Positions 29,509 to 38,725 of a stretch of 47,649 nt of DNA are shown here, in pieces (the stretch's first letter is position 1; every line of letters begins with the position of its first letter). The notes below the pieces were generated by a model. It was not told the DNA's origin and did not search any database. It was given only the letters and a program-made list of their open reading frames with translations. The position numbers and the translations under genes are program-made. The stretch covers positions 1 to 47,649 of the forward strand of contig CAWBHS010000092.1 of assembly GCA_963788655.1 (NCBI GenBank). Reading direction: 5' to 3'. The DNA comes from an uncultured Verrucomicrobiae bacterium (GTDB lineage Bacteria; Verrucomicrobiota; Verrucomicrobiia; Limisphaerales; JAFGQR01).

Positions 29509-29516
29509 ATCGCATG

Positions 29517-31060
29517 CTACGACCCCGGTGGTCGAGCCGTCGGCGCTGGCTTGGTTTTCGCCACCGGAAGGTAGAACAAGCGCCACTGTTTCCCTTCCGG
29601 CCCTGATTGATACTGGAAGAGACCGAAAAGCAGCGAGCATTTTTTGGTCTGGGGTGTGGTCTCGTGACGATACAGGTTCCAGAGCAAGGACTGGCTGGCG
29701 GCCCCGGTTTGCGTATTTTTCTCGGCCCGCCACAACGACCACAACGGCGAATAGTCGCGTTCGATACTCTTGCTGGCGGGCAGGAACGGTTCGAGCAACG
29801 CGAGCACTTGCAGACGTTGTCGGCCTTCGAAATCGCGCCGGTAGGTGAAGAAGGGCCAGAGGTCGCGGCGATGGAAAGTTTTCCCGGTTTCGGTGTTCCG
29901 TTCGTGCAGATCGGAATACAGGAAATACAAGAGGCGCAGTCGCTCACGGTCCAACGGATCGGCCTGCAAGCGGGTGTATTTAATCAACGGCCACGCATAG
30001 ACATTGTCCGTGTGTTCCTGGTTGTGAACCTGGCTGAAGAAGGGCAGCACCCGGTTGGCCGTTTTGCCTGTCACCCCGCGCAAACTCGATCAGCGGCCAG
30101 CAAAAGTCCCATTCCCGGTATTGTTTGGCCCGATCGTCCGTGCGGATGAAACCAAACGGCCACAGGTAGCTGGTCGAATCGCGCGCCGGCGAGCGCATGC
30201 ACACTGTAAAAAGGAATAAAAACATGGCGGCGCGCCAGATTGGTCGTGCCGACCCCGGTACGTTGATTGAAGAACAACGGCCACAACGCAAAGAAATTGT
30301 CGTGCCCGCCGACCAACTCGGCTTCCCCCCACATGTTGGTTCGATAGGTGATTTCCTTGTGTTCGTGGCCAACCAAGGGCCAGAACTGCCAGCCTTGCAG
30401 GCCGTCGCCATGGCGCACATGAAAGATCGGTACCAGATAATTGTAGGTGGTGACGCCGGTTCTTCGAGACCGCACATAGCGTTGGGCCAAGGAAAGCTTT
30501 GCCGCCGGTTGAACTGCGGCACTGCTTTCGTGTTTGACGGTCTTGACGTAGATCGGCCAGAGCAGCCAGTGGATTTCGTCGCGGAAGAGGCGGTTCTTCA
30601 AGGTGCCATAGAACGGAAAAACCGCGGTGTAGTTCTTGTCCGGGATGGCGGACCGCTGTTGGAAGTAAAAGGGGAACAACGTGAAACGATCCACGTTGGT
30701 TTCCGTAAGCGATTTGCCTCCCGAAAAGCTGAACAACTGGATGATCTGAAAACGATATTCGGGTCCGTAACGGTTGTACGAGAGGATTGGGTAAAGGATG
30801 TGAAACTCGCTGTAGTCGGTCGCGCGATCCACCTTGTCCGAAACCAGTGGTGGAAAGGCCCACGTGTGCGCGAAGTTCTGTTCTTCGGAATAAAACAAGG
30901 GGCCCAGTACCTCGGTCCGCTCCCCCGGAGTGAGGGTTAATTTATAATTCGAGTAAAGCGGCCCCAAAACCGTCTCCTGAGCACGAAGATGGGTGCCGGT
31001 GGCTAGCAAGCCCGCCAGAAGCACCAGCCATTTCCAGAACCGTGTTTCGTCGAAACCCAT
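29517..31060 (-). CDS. Secreted hypothetical protein with about 20 aromatic-Pro (LWP/FP-type) repeats; two frameshifts near 30195 and 30075
   Basis: Signal peptide. ORFs 30071..31060, 29980..30522 (tail RSPARDSTSYLWPFG...FCWPLIEFARG) and 29517..30083 (GKTANRVLPFFSQ...) join into one continuous repeat protein. Confidence 0.75.
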
Positions 31061-31130
31061 TTATTCTGAGCGACTATAGCCGGCGGTTTGACCGCGAATA
31101 AAGCGGAAAGGCATAAAATGCAGCATTTGC

Positions 31131-31144
31131 CGATAACGTTATCG
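31131..31144. promoter_or_regulatory. Perfect 14-bp palindrome, LacI-type operator candidate
   Basis: CGATAACGTTATCG, flanked by gcattt / aaatgc, about 70 bp upstream of the 31060 start. Confidence 0.45.
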
Positions 31145-31185
31145 AAATGCCTGGAATCACAAAATCAGGACGTTAAACATAGGGA

Positions 31186-31213
31186 TTGACATTCCCGGTG
31201 GCTCGTTTAGTTT
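31186..31213 (+). promoter_or_regulatory. Sigma70-like promoter for the candidate sRNA
   Basis: TTGACA-N16-TAGTTT, with no plus-strand gene downstream. Confidence 0.45.
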
Positions 31214-34122
31214 TTCTGCATACTTGAGGCGTTGACCTCGGTTCCTCCCGACCCAGTGTTGATAGTGCATGTCGCACTGGGTCTTTTTATTGTCCAGCCA
31301 CCGCGGTTCAGCAGATTCAAAATTGCCGGTAGAAACGTTAAAGCAATCACCATGCAGGTGGCGGTGCCAATTGACATGATCAACCCCAGGCTTTCGATGC
31401 CGCGATGTTGCGCGAGGATCAGGCTGCCAAAGCCGGCGATCGTGGTGAGGCCCGAAACCAGGACGGCTTTGCCGGTGCTGCGGGCCAGGATCGCTGGATG
31501 TTGTTCCTCGGCGAAACGGTTCAGGATATGAATGCCGTTGGTGACGCCAACGCCAATCACCAGCGGCAGCGTCATGATATTGGCCGGATTGAACGGGATC
31601 CCGAAGGTGCCCATGATGCCGACCATCCAGAGGGAGCCAACGGCCACGGGCAGCAGCGCCAAACCGACGCACGAAATTCGCCGGAAGTGAATCAGCACCA
31701 TGATCGTGATCGCCAGCAGCGAATACAAAGCCGCTTCTTCGAAACTATCCTTCAACAACGTCGTGTATTCGAGCAACTGAACCGGGGTGCCGGTGACCCG
31801 CCGATCCACCGTGCGCAGTTGCCGGACGAATTCTTCCTGGGCATGCCGTTCCCAAATGTCGTGTTTGGGAAATACCAGGAGCAGATACTTGCCGTTGATG
31901 CCGATGAAACGCTGCCGTAACGCCGGGGGCAAGTCCTGCACCCGCATCGGACCGCTGGCATCCTGGTGTCGGAAGGCGCTGAAGGTTTCCGTCACATCGT
32001 TGAAGAGGGCCTGCTGAAACTCAGCCAACTTTTCGGCGATTTCCATCGGATCGCCGCGCAGCAGGTCCATTTGCAACTGGACGATGACCGTCCGCAGCTT
32101 TTCGAGTTCACCGTTGATGCGCTGTTCCAACTGCAAGTCCTTACGGATTTGCGCGAGTTCATTGGTGGTGGTCGTTGCCGCTGGCGAAGACCCGGCTGAC
32201 TCCGGGGGTCTGTTCGTTGATTCCGAGGAAGGGAGTTTGGCTTCCAGTCTGGCAATATCGCGTTGGAGTTCATGCCTCGCCAGCCGCACATATCCGTCGA
32301 ACGAAAACAGTGACTGCTTCAAAGCGGTCACGCTGACCTGGTTGGTATCGACTGGCTGGAATGGGATGGCGGTGACGATGCGTTTGATGTCCTGGATGAG
32401 AATCAGCTTCTGGGATTGATCTTCCGCCAGCAGCGGGACCATGCTTTCCACGCTGGCTACGGAAGGAAGATTGGTTAAGCGCGTCATCCAGGTTTCGGCT
32501 TCGGTCAGGTTGGTGGCCACTACGGCAGCCGACAGGAGCGAACGCGACGAGGACGTGATCAACTTGTGCTGGAATATCACGGCGGGCAATCCGGCGCTTT
32601 GCATGTGCAGCAGGTTGTAATCAAACTTGACCCGGGTGGCCGGATAGATGCACGCCGCGCTGAGCACGCCCACGACCACCAGCACCGCCCCCGGGCGGTC
32701 GAGCCAGATTTTCTCGATGCGGGCGCGCTGGGTGTTTTCCACCGTGGCGCGATGGTCCAGCACGGGCGCGAGTTCATGGTCCAGCACGTTTTGTTTGCCG
32801 CGCAAGAGCAGCACCGGCAACAGCGTCATCATCGGAATCAACGAAAGCAGCAGTCCGCCGCCGCAGATGATGCCCATTTCCTGGATGCCTTTGAACGACG
32901 TGCCCGCCATGGCGAAGAAGGCAGCCGCCGTGGTCAAGGCGCCGGTGAAGATGCCCATGCCGGTGAACACCATGGCCCGCTCCATGGCGGGTTTTTCCGG
33001 GCGTCCGTGCCATAGTTCCTCTTCGTAACGGGTAACCAGGTGGACCCCGAAATCGATGGCCAGGCCCACCAGGATCGGCACGAAGGTGATGGTCAGGATG
33101 TTCAAGTGGCCGATGACCAGCGTCGTGTAGCCCATCGTATAGGCAATGCCGAACAGCAAACAGGCGGTGGCTTTGAGCGGCCGGCCTGTCTCGTGGTAGC
33201 CGTAAATGAAAATCAAGGCCACCAGCACAAACGCCACAATCGAGGCCACGGTGGTGTCTTTCTGGGACTGGAGCATCTCGTCCAGTTCCAGTACCGGTTC
33301 CCCGGTCAAACCCACGTTGAGCCCCGGCACTTCCAACTGCGTTTCGGCGATCAGTTGCCGCAGACGTTCCACGGCCAGTTCGTTCAACAACTCGTTGTGT
33401 GCCTGGGCGGTGAGCAGAAATACCTTCCCCTCGTGAAACGTCAGATACATTTGCCGCTCCTCCTCCTGGCTGCCTTCAAACAGCGCGCTGATGCCCGGCG
33501 AAGGCGGGGCGCCCAATCGCCGCAAGGCGTCGGTGGCCTGGGTGATGATGCGGACCAACGCTGGCAGCGCCTGAATCAAGGCCGCGTTGGCCTCGTCGTT
33601 TTCCGGAGACGCCGTCCGGAACTGGGTGTTCACCAGGTCAATCAGCGAAACCAGATTGGTCGCCCGGGTGAATTGGCGCAGGACCGGTTGGTATTCGGCA
33701 AAGGTCTGTTTGAGGGCCTTGAGGTCGTCTTCCGGTAGAAACAGCAGCGCCTTGGGCCCCATGTTTTTGAAATCGAACTTGAAGAGCACGCTGGCGAACA
33801 CGTTGGTTTCCCGTTCGATCTTGGCGCCCAACCGTTCCACAAACTGGCGGTTCCGTTCCAGGTTCTCGCTCTCCACCACCACCACCAGATCGTCCTGGAC
33901 GGGGAACTCATTTTTGTATTCCAGGAAAATTTTGTGATACTCCTTTTCCCCGCCCACCAGCGCGTTCCGGTTGGTCGCGAACTCCAGGCTGCGCACTGTG
34001 AACAATCCGCAAATCAGGAAGAGCGCCGCCTGCGGATAGAAGAACCAGCGCCGATGACGATACACGGCGTTCGCCAGCCGCGTCAAAAACCGGGCCGCCA
34101 AGGAGAGCTTTATGGGTTCCAT
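31207..34122 (-). CDS. MMPL / RND-family lipid transporter (HpnN-like)
   Basis: Two TM blocks with large periplasmic loops. GLTGEPV, LVGLAIDFGVH, VTGTPVQ, PLVIGVGVTNGIH, SGLTTIAGFGSL. Confidence 0.9.
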   Translation of the reverse strand: MEPIKLSLAARFLTRLANAVYRHRRWFFYPQAALFLICGLFTVRSLEFATNRNALVGGEKEYHKIFLEYKNEFPVQDDLVVVVESENLERNRQFVERLGAKIERETNVFASVLFKFDFKNMGPKALLFLPEDDLKALKQTFAEYQPVLRQFTRATNLVSLIDLVNTQFRTASPENDEANAALIQALPALVRIITQATDALRRLGAPPSPGISALFEGSQEEERQMYLTFHEGKVFLLTAQAHNELLNELAVERLRQLIAETQLEVPGLNVGLTGEPVLELDEMLQSQKDTTVASIVAFVLVALIFIYGYHETGRPLKATACLLFGIAYTMGYTTLVIGHLNILTITFVPILVGLAIDFGVHLVTRYEEELWHGRPEKPAMERAMVFTGMGIFTGALTTAAAFFAMAGTSFKGIQEMGIICGGGLLLSLIPMMTLLPVLLLRGKQNVLDHELAPVLDHRATVENTQRARIEKIWLDRPGAVLVVVGVLSAACIYPATRVKFDYNLLHMQSAGLPAVIFQHKLITSSSRSLLSAAVVATNLTEAETWMTRLTNLPSVASVESMVPLLAEDQSQKLILIQDIKRIVTAIPFQPVDTNQVSVTALKQSLFSFDGYVRLARHELQRDIARLEAKLPSSESTNRPPESAGSSPAATTTTNELAQIRKDLQLEQRINGELEKLRTVIVQLQMDLLRGDPMEIAEKLAEFQQALFNDVTETFSAFRHQDASGPMRVQDLPPALRQRFIGINGKYLLLVFPKHDIWERHAQEEFVRQLRTVDRRVTGTPVQLLEYTTLLKDSFEEAALYSLLAITIMVLIHFRRISCVGLALLPVAVGSLWMVGIMGTFGIPFNPANIMTLPLVIGVGVTNGIHILNRFAEEQHPAILARSTGKAVLVSGLTTIAGFGSLILAQHRGIESLGLIMSIGTATCMVIALTFLPAILNLLNRGGWTIKRPSATCTINTGSGGTEVNASSMQKN
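31220..31288 (+). ncRNA. Candidate small RNA antisense to the 3' end of the MMPL gene
   Basis: Upstream promoter. Hairpin gagg-cgttga-cctc, linker TTCCTCCC, then an intrinsic terminator GACCCAGTG...CACTGGGTC-TTTTT. Confidence 0.45.
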
Positions 34123-34220
34123 GGGCGAAGGGTTCCGGGTCGGGGATCAGCGTCTGGCCGGTGGCTTAGCCCCGCGCAAGTCCGACCGCGGGTGGCGACC
34201 CGGCCCATTGGATAACACAG

Positions 34221-34952
34221 TTAGGCATTCGGGAATTCGGCGTTGGTGTACAATTCTTTCACATCCTCGTGGTCTTCCAGAAGTTCCACCAGCTTGTTGA
34301 CCGCCTCGACCGTGGCTGGATCGGTCACCGGCACCGTCAGGTTCGGGATTTCCGTTACCTCGGCCACGGCGCATTTGATACCCTGCTCGTCGATCTGCTT
34401 GTGGACTGCTTCAAAATGAGCGGGATCGGTGAGAATCTCGAACCGGTCGGCTTCGGCTTTGAAATCCTCCGCGCCGGCTTCGAGCGCCAATTCCATGAGT
34501 TGATCCTCGCCCGCTTCTTCTCGCGACACGACCACCTGGCCGCGACGTTGGAACAACCGGCTCACCGCGCCCTGGGTGGCCATCGAGCCGCCATTCTTGG
34601 TCAACAGGCTGCGGATCTCCGCGGAGGTGCGGTTGCGATTGTCCGTGCTCAATTCCACCAGCACCGCCACTCCGCCGGGCGCGAAGATTTCGTAGGTGAG
34701 ATCCTCGTATTGCACCGATTGATCGCCGCCCGTGGCCCGCTTGATGGCGCGCTCGATATTTTCCTTGGGCATGCTCGCGGAGCGGGATTGCAGCAGCGCC
34801 ATCCGCAACCGCGGGTTCAAATCCGGATCGCCCCCGCCCAGCCGGGCCGCAATAAAAATTTCTTTGGCCAGCTTGGAAAAAATCTTCCCGCGCTTGGCGT
34901 CAATGGCGCCTTTGAAGTGTTTGACTTTAGCCCATTTGCTATGTCCGGCCAT
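34221..34952 (-). CDS. yebC: YebC/PmpR family protein
   Basis: MAGHSKWAK, GGDPDLNPRLR, MPKENIERAIK, TDNRNRT, LEDHEDV. Confidence 0.95.
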   Translation of the reverse strand: MAGHSKWAKVKHFKGAIDAKRGKIFSKLAKEIFIAARLGGGDPDLNPRLRMALLQSRSASMPKENIERAIKRATGGDQSVQYEDLTYEIFAPGGVAVLVELSTDNRNRTSAEIRSLLTKNGGSMATQGAVSRLFQRRGQVVVSREEAGEDQLMELALEAGAEDFKAEADRFEILTDPAHFEAVHKQIDEQGIKCAVAEVTEIPNLTVPVTDPATVEAVNKLVELLEDHEDVKELYTNAEFPNA

Positions 34953-35021
34953 ATTCGATATTGAAATTTCGATTTACGATTTGGAACCAAGCGCGCTCAA
35001 TTTCTGCGCGCCGGAACTCCA

Positions 35022-35360
35022 CTAGACGACCGGCTCGACCAGCACGGCGGTGCCATAGCAGAGCACTTCGGTCATCCCCGGCGCGATTTCCGTCGCGTCG
35101 TAGCGCACCCCGACCACGGCGTTGGCGCCCAGTTCGCCCCCGTGCGTCAGCATTTGCTGAAAGGCCTCGCCGCGGGTCCGCTCGCAGAGCGAGGTGTAAA
35201 CGGAAATGTTCCCGCCAAAAATGCTTTGGATTCCCGCCCCGATTTGCCCCACGATCGAGCGCGAGCGCACAATGATTCCCCGCACCACGCCAAAGGACTT
35301 GACGATGCGGTAGCCCGGCAGCTCAAACGTAGTTGTGGTCAACGGATGCGTCTGACTCAT
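35022..35360 (-). CDS. YbjQ (UPF0145) family protein
   Basis: [16 protein letters not shown]...[23 protein letters not shown]. Confidence 0.92.
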   Translation of the reverse strand: MSQTHPLTTTTFELPGYRIVKSFGVVRGIIVRSRSIVGQIGAGIQSIFGGNISVYTSLCERTRGEAFQQMLTHGGELGANAVVGVRYDATEIAPGMTEVLCYGTAVLVEPVV

Positions 35361-35491
35361 ACACCGGGATTAATTGAACACCAATCGTCTCCCCGGCAGA
35401 AGCCAAATTTTCAGCGGCGCCCCGGCCGGACGGAATCCCCCGGGCAGGGACCGTGTTGGTGCGTTTGGCCAAGTGCTTACCGGGACGGAGA

Positions 35492-37345
35492 CTAGCGGTA
35501 GTCCAACGAAATGTTGTTCCGCTCCAAGGTGGTGCCTTCGCTGCGGTACAGCCGGACGAGCGCCTTGTTGTAGTTGGCCAGGGCGCTGATTTCTTGCGCG
35601 CGCGCATCCGTCAACTGCTGCTGAAAATCCAGGACGAAGAACGGGGTGCTCTTGCCATTTTGCATTAGCTTCTGCTGGGCCTCCAAGGCGGTTTCAGCAT
35701 AGGCACGGGCTTGGCGACGGGATTGGACCGTATCATAACGGACGCGGACTTCACGGACATTATCTTCGATTTCCACGAGGATATTCATGTGCAACAAGCG
35801 CAATTGATCCTGCAATTGCTGTTGTTGCTCTTTTCTCGCTTTCAGACCATTCCGGTCCCGGATGTTGCCGCCTAGTGGCATCTCGAATCTTAGCCCCACC
35901 GAGTATTCGGGCTGCCAGGAATCTGTCTTGGAAAAAGAGCCCTGGGAGGAACTGGACGCGCCGACGTCGGACGAGAGTTCACCGCTGGAATAACCGGTGG
36001 TGGTTTGCCGGGTGAATGAATTATTGTCCCGGTTCAATGTGGATTGGCCAATAAAGCCAACAAAATCCAGCCGCGGATAGAGTTGGTTCTTGAGGTAACG
36101 AATGTACAATCCTTGTTTCTCCAATTCGACGCGCATCGAATTGTATTTCGGCCGCAACGAGATCCCCATGAGCCAGCTCTCATTGAGGTTCAGCGACTCA
36201 GGAACGGCGAGCAACTGCTCCGAGGGCATGGGGACGGTGTTGTACCATGTTCCGTAGTCATCGGTGATCAATTGCTTGAGTTGATTTTCGGTTTCACTGA
36301 GCAGCCTTCGGGCATCCATCAAATCCGCCGTGCGGGCGGCGACTTGCGACTCGACCTGTTGTTCGTCCAACGGAGTGGCGACCCCAACGGCTACTTTCTT
36401 CTTGGTTTCATCCAACAATTGTTGAGCGAGTTCCAGCGACTTTTCGGCGACCTTGACGATGTCCCGCTGCGCGACTAAATCGAAATAGACCGACTGAACG
36501 CTGCTCACGATGTTCATGACCTGTTGTTCGTAGCTAAATTCAGAAATCTTCAGATCCCGTTTGTTGACTTGGATCTGCGTTCGGCTGGAATCCGTCCAAA
36601 AGTCGCGAAGCAATGGTTGCGTCAGCGTCAAGCCCACTGAACTATCCCATGTATCCACGTCTTCAAACGTGGAAGCGACGACGTCGTTGGATCGGCCGGG
36701 ATAAAAGGAAGGAAAAGTAGTATCTACCGGGTCAGGAACACCAATAGTAAGTGGGGAGTCAGGCGCCATAATGGAGGTATCTTGCTTGGAGTTCCGAAAG
36801 TTACCGTTGTGGCTCGAAAGCATATTGTCCTGGTCAATCCCCCGGTAAAGCGCGCCGATTTCCAGGACGGTTCCAAAAGGAGTGCGGGCGGTAATGCCCG
36901 AATTGGCGGAAACCAGCGAGTCGCTGCGCGTGCGGTTTAAAATATCGTCCCTACCGAAAGCGCGATTGGTTTCCAACAACGTGGTGGTGTTGGTGGTATA
37001 ACGGAGCCAATTTGCATCGTAACTTATGTTTTTAGAATAGTTTGTGGACACGGTTTCGCTGGAGGAATCCTGCGTGCGGTCGTCCTTATTATATCGATGC
37101 TCCGCGCCAAAGCTGAGGACCGGCTCGTAGTAACCGTAGGAACCTTTCAAGTTGTAATGGGCGATCAAGGTATCCCGCCGGGCAATCTTGATGTTCAAAT
37201 TATGCTCCAGCGCCAAACGGATGCACTCCTCCCGCGAAAGAATCCGGGTGGGGGCATTCGTCCCGCTCGGGAGCGTCAACTGAGCCTGAAGACTCGGGGT
37301 TAGGCAAACCAAAGCCAGCCATAGATATGCATTAATGGGTCGCAT
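35492..37345 (-). CDS. TolC family outer-membrane efflux protein with long Ser/Thr-rich loop insertions
   Basis: Signal peptide, LSREECIRLALEHNL, LTLTQPLLR, YFDLV, LYPRLDF, GLRFEMPL, GKSTPFFVL...QQQL. Confidence 0.88.
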   Translation of the reverse strand: MRPINAYLWLALVCLTPSLQAQLTLPSGTNAPTRILSREECIRLALEHNLNIKIARRDTLIAHYNLKGSYGYYEPVLSFGAEHRYNKDDRTQDSSSETVSTNYSKNISYDANWLRYTTNTTTLLETNRAFGRDDILNRTRSDSLVSANSGITARTPFGTVLEIGALYRGIDQDNMLSSHNGNFRNSKQDTSIMAPDSPLTIGVPDPVDTTFPSFYPGRSNDVVASTFEDVDTWDSSVGLTLTQPLLRDFWTDSSRTQIQVNKRDLKISEFSYEQQVMNIVSSVQSVYFDLVAQRDIVKVAEKSLELAQQLLDETKKKVAVGVATPLDEQQVESQVAARTADLMDARRLLSETENQLKQLITDDYGTWYNTVPMPSEQLLAVPESLNLNESWLMGISLRPKYNSMRVELEKQGLYIRYLKNQLYPRLDFVGFIGQSTLNRDNNSFTRQTTTGYSSGELSSDVGASSSSQGSFSKTDSWQPEYSVGLRFEMPLGGNIRDRNGLKARKEQQQQLQDQLRLLHMNILVEIEDNVREVRVRYDTVQSRRQARAYAETALEAQQKLMQNGKSTPFFVLDFQQQLTDARAQEISALANYNKALVRLYRSEGTTLERNNISLDYR

Positions 37346-37354
37346 TGAGCGCCG

Positions 37355-37383
37355 AGAATGGAGAATTTCCCAGCCTTCGTCAA
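37355..37383 (-). promoter_or_regulatory. Sigma70-like promoter of the TolC gene
   Basis: Minus strand reads TTGACG-N17-CATTCT, ending 9 nt before the ATG at 37345. Confidence 0.5.
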
Positions 37384-37468
37384 TAAACCTCGATTAGTTT
37401 TCATGCCTTCAAATGGACGAGATTCGTTCAGGAAATGGGTGGGTGAACGGCGCACCAGTGCGCTCCGC

Positions 37469-38527
37469 TCACTGGGAGGCCCGAGCCAAACGGTCCCGGA
37501 TCGCTTGCCACTCGGTGCCCGACGGCACGGCTTCCACCACAATAAACTGCGCGCCGTCTGCGTCGCCCCGGTGCAATTCCGCGTAAATTGCCCGGGCAAA
37601 CGCTGCAGCGTCGTGCGGAATGATGCTGACCCGGCCCGCGCCTAATCCGAGCGGTATGCGGGTGTGGGCGATGACGTGGACCTGCGCCAGGGCCCAGCCG
37701 TTCGCCTCGATTTTTCCGCGCAATTCGGTTTCATCCAGCCACGACCAGATTACCAATCGGGCGCGGGGCGCGTAGTGCTTGGGGAGTTGTCCCGGACTGC
37801 GCAAGGTCTCCCCCGGAGCGGAGCCGCCACCCAAGGCGGTTTGCAGGCCGGCATCTTCCAGGGTGGCCAACAACGATTCCGCGTGGATCATGCCGGGGCG
37901 CAGCAGGCGGGGCGGGTGGACGGTCAAATCGAGCACCGTCGATTCAATGCCGATCTGCGCCGGTCCGCCATCGACGATCAACGGAATCTTCCGTCCCAGG
38001 CTGCGTTGAACGTGGGCGGCAGTGGTCGGCGAAACCTGCGTCGATGGATTCGCGCTCGGGGCCGCGAGCGGGAAGCCGCACTCGCGAATCAGCGCCTGAA
38101 TGAACGGATGATTGGGCCAGCGCACTCCGACCGTTGCCCCGCCGGCTGTGACATTATCCGGCACCAACTCCGACCGCGGCATGACCAGCGTCAATGGACC
38201 CGGCCAAAAGGCCGCCGCCAACCGGTCGGCGGCTTCCGGCCAAGTGGACACGCACTGGCGTGCCATGGCTACGTCGGCGACGTGAACGATGATGGGATTA
38301 TGTCCGGGCCGATCTTTGACACGAAAAATGTGTTCCACGGCTTGGGCGTTCCAAGCATTGGCGGCCAGCCCGTACACCGTCTCCGTGGGGACAGCAACCA
38401 ATTCGCCGGCCCGGAGCAGTTCCGCCGCTTTGTGAACGGCGGCCTCAAACAACGCCGGACTGTCCGTCGGCAGGATTTGCGCATCGTAACTCACCACATC
38501 AATTGCCGGTCGTGTTTGTAAGCTCAA
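37469..38527 (-). CDS. sua5: L-threonylcarbamoyladenylate synthase (Sua5-type TsaC); true start may be the GTG near 38494
   Basis: PTETVYGLAA, KDRPGHNPIIVH, FWPGPLT, AAPSAN, GIESTV, plus the SUA5 domain SPGQLPKHYAP...AIRDRLARA. Confidence 0.93.
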   Translation of the reverse strand: MSLQTRPAIDVVSYDAQILPTDSPALFEAAVHKAAELLRAGELVAVPTETVYGLAANAWNAQAVEHIFRVKDRPGHNPIIVHVADVAMARQCVSTWPEAADRLAAAFWPGPLTLVMPRSELVPDNVTAGGATVGVRWPNHPFIQALIRECGFPLAAPSANPSTQVSPTTAAHVQRSLGRKIPLIVDGGPAQIGIESTVLDLTVHPPRLLRPGMIHAESLLATLEDAGLQTALGGGSAPGETLRSPGQLPKHYAPRARLVIWSWLDETELRGKIEANGWALAQVHVIAHTRIPLGLGAGRVSIIPHDAAAFARAIYAELHRGDADGAQFIVVEAVPSGTEWQAIRDRLARASQ

Positions 38528-38551
38528 CCTCCGTGGCGTGCAAGTTTGGCG

Positions 38552-38604
38552 GGAATCCCGCCTTTAGGTGGCACTGTGCTCAAACCGCCTGAAGGCGGGA
38601 CTCC
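38552..38604. repeat. REP doublet in the sua5/trpD divergent intergenic region
   Basis: ggaatcccgcctttaggtgg / ccgcctgaaggcgggactcc, a 17/20 inverted match. Confidence 0.7.
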
Positions 38605-38725
38605 AAACCGGTCGGACTCTCGTTCGGACGCCATCTCAAACAGGCTCCAACGCTTCAACGCTTCACCCTCCATGCCTCCCCACTTCCACCTTCCCCTATT
38701 CCTCCCATTTCATTAGATTGGAGCT

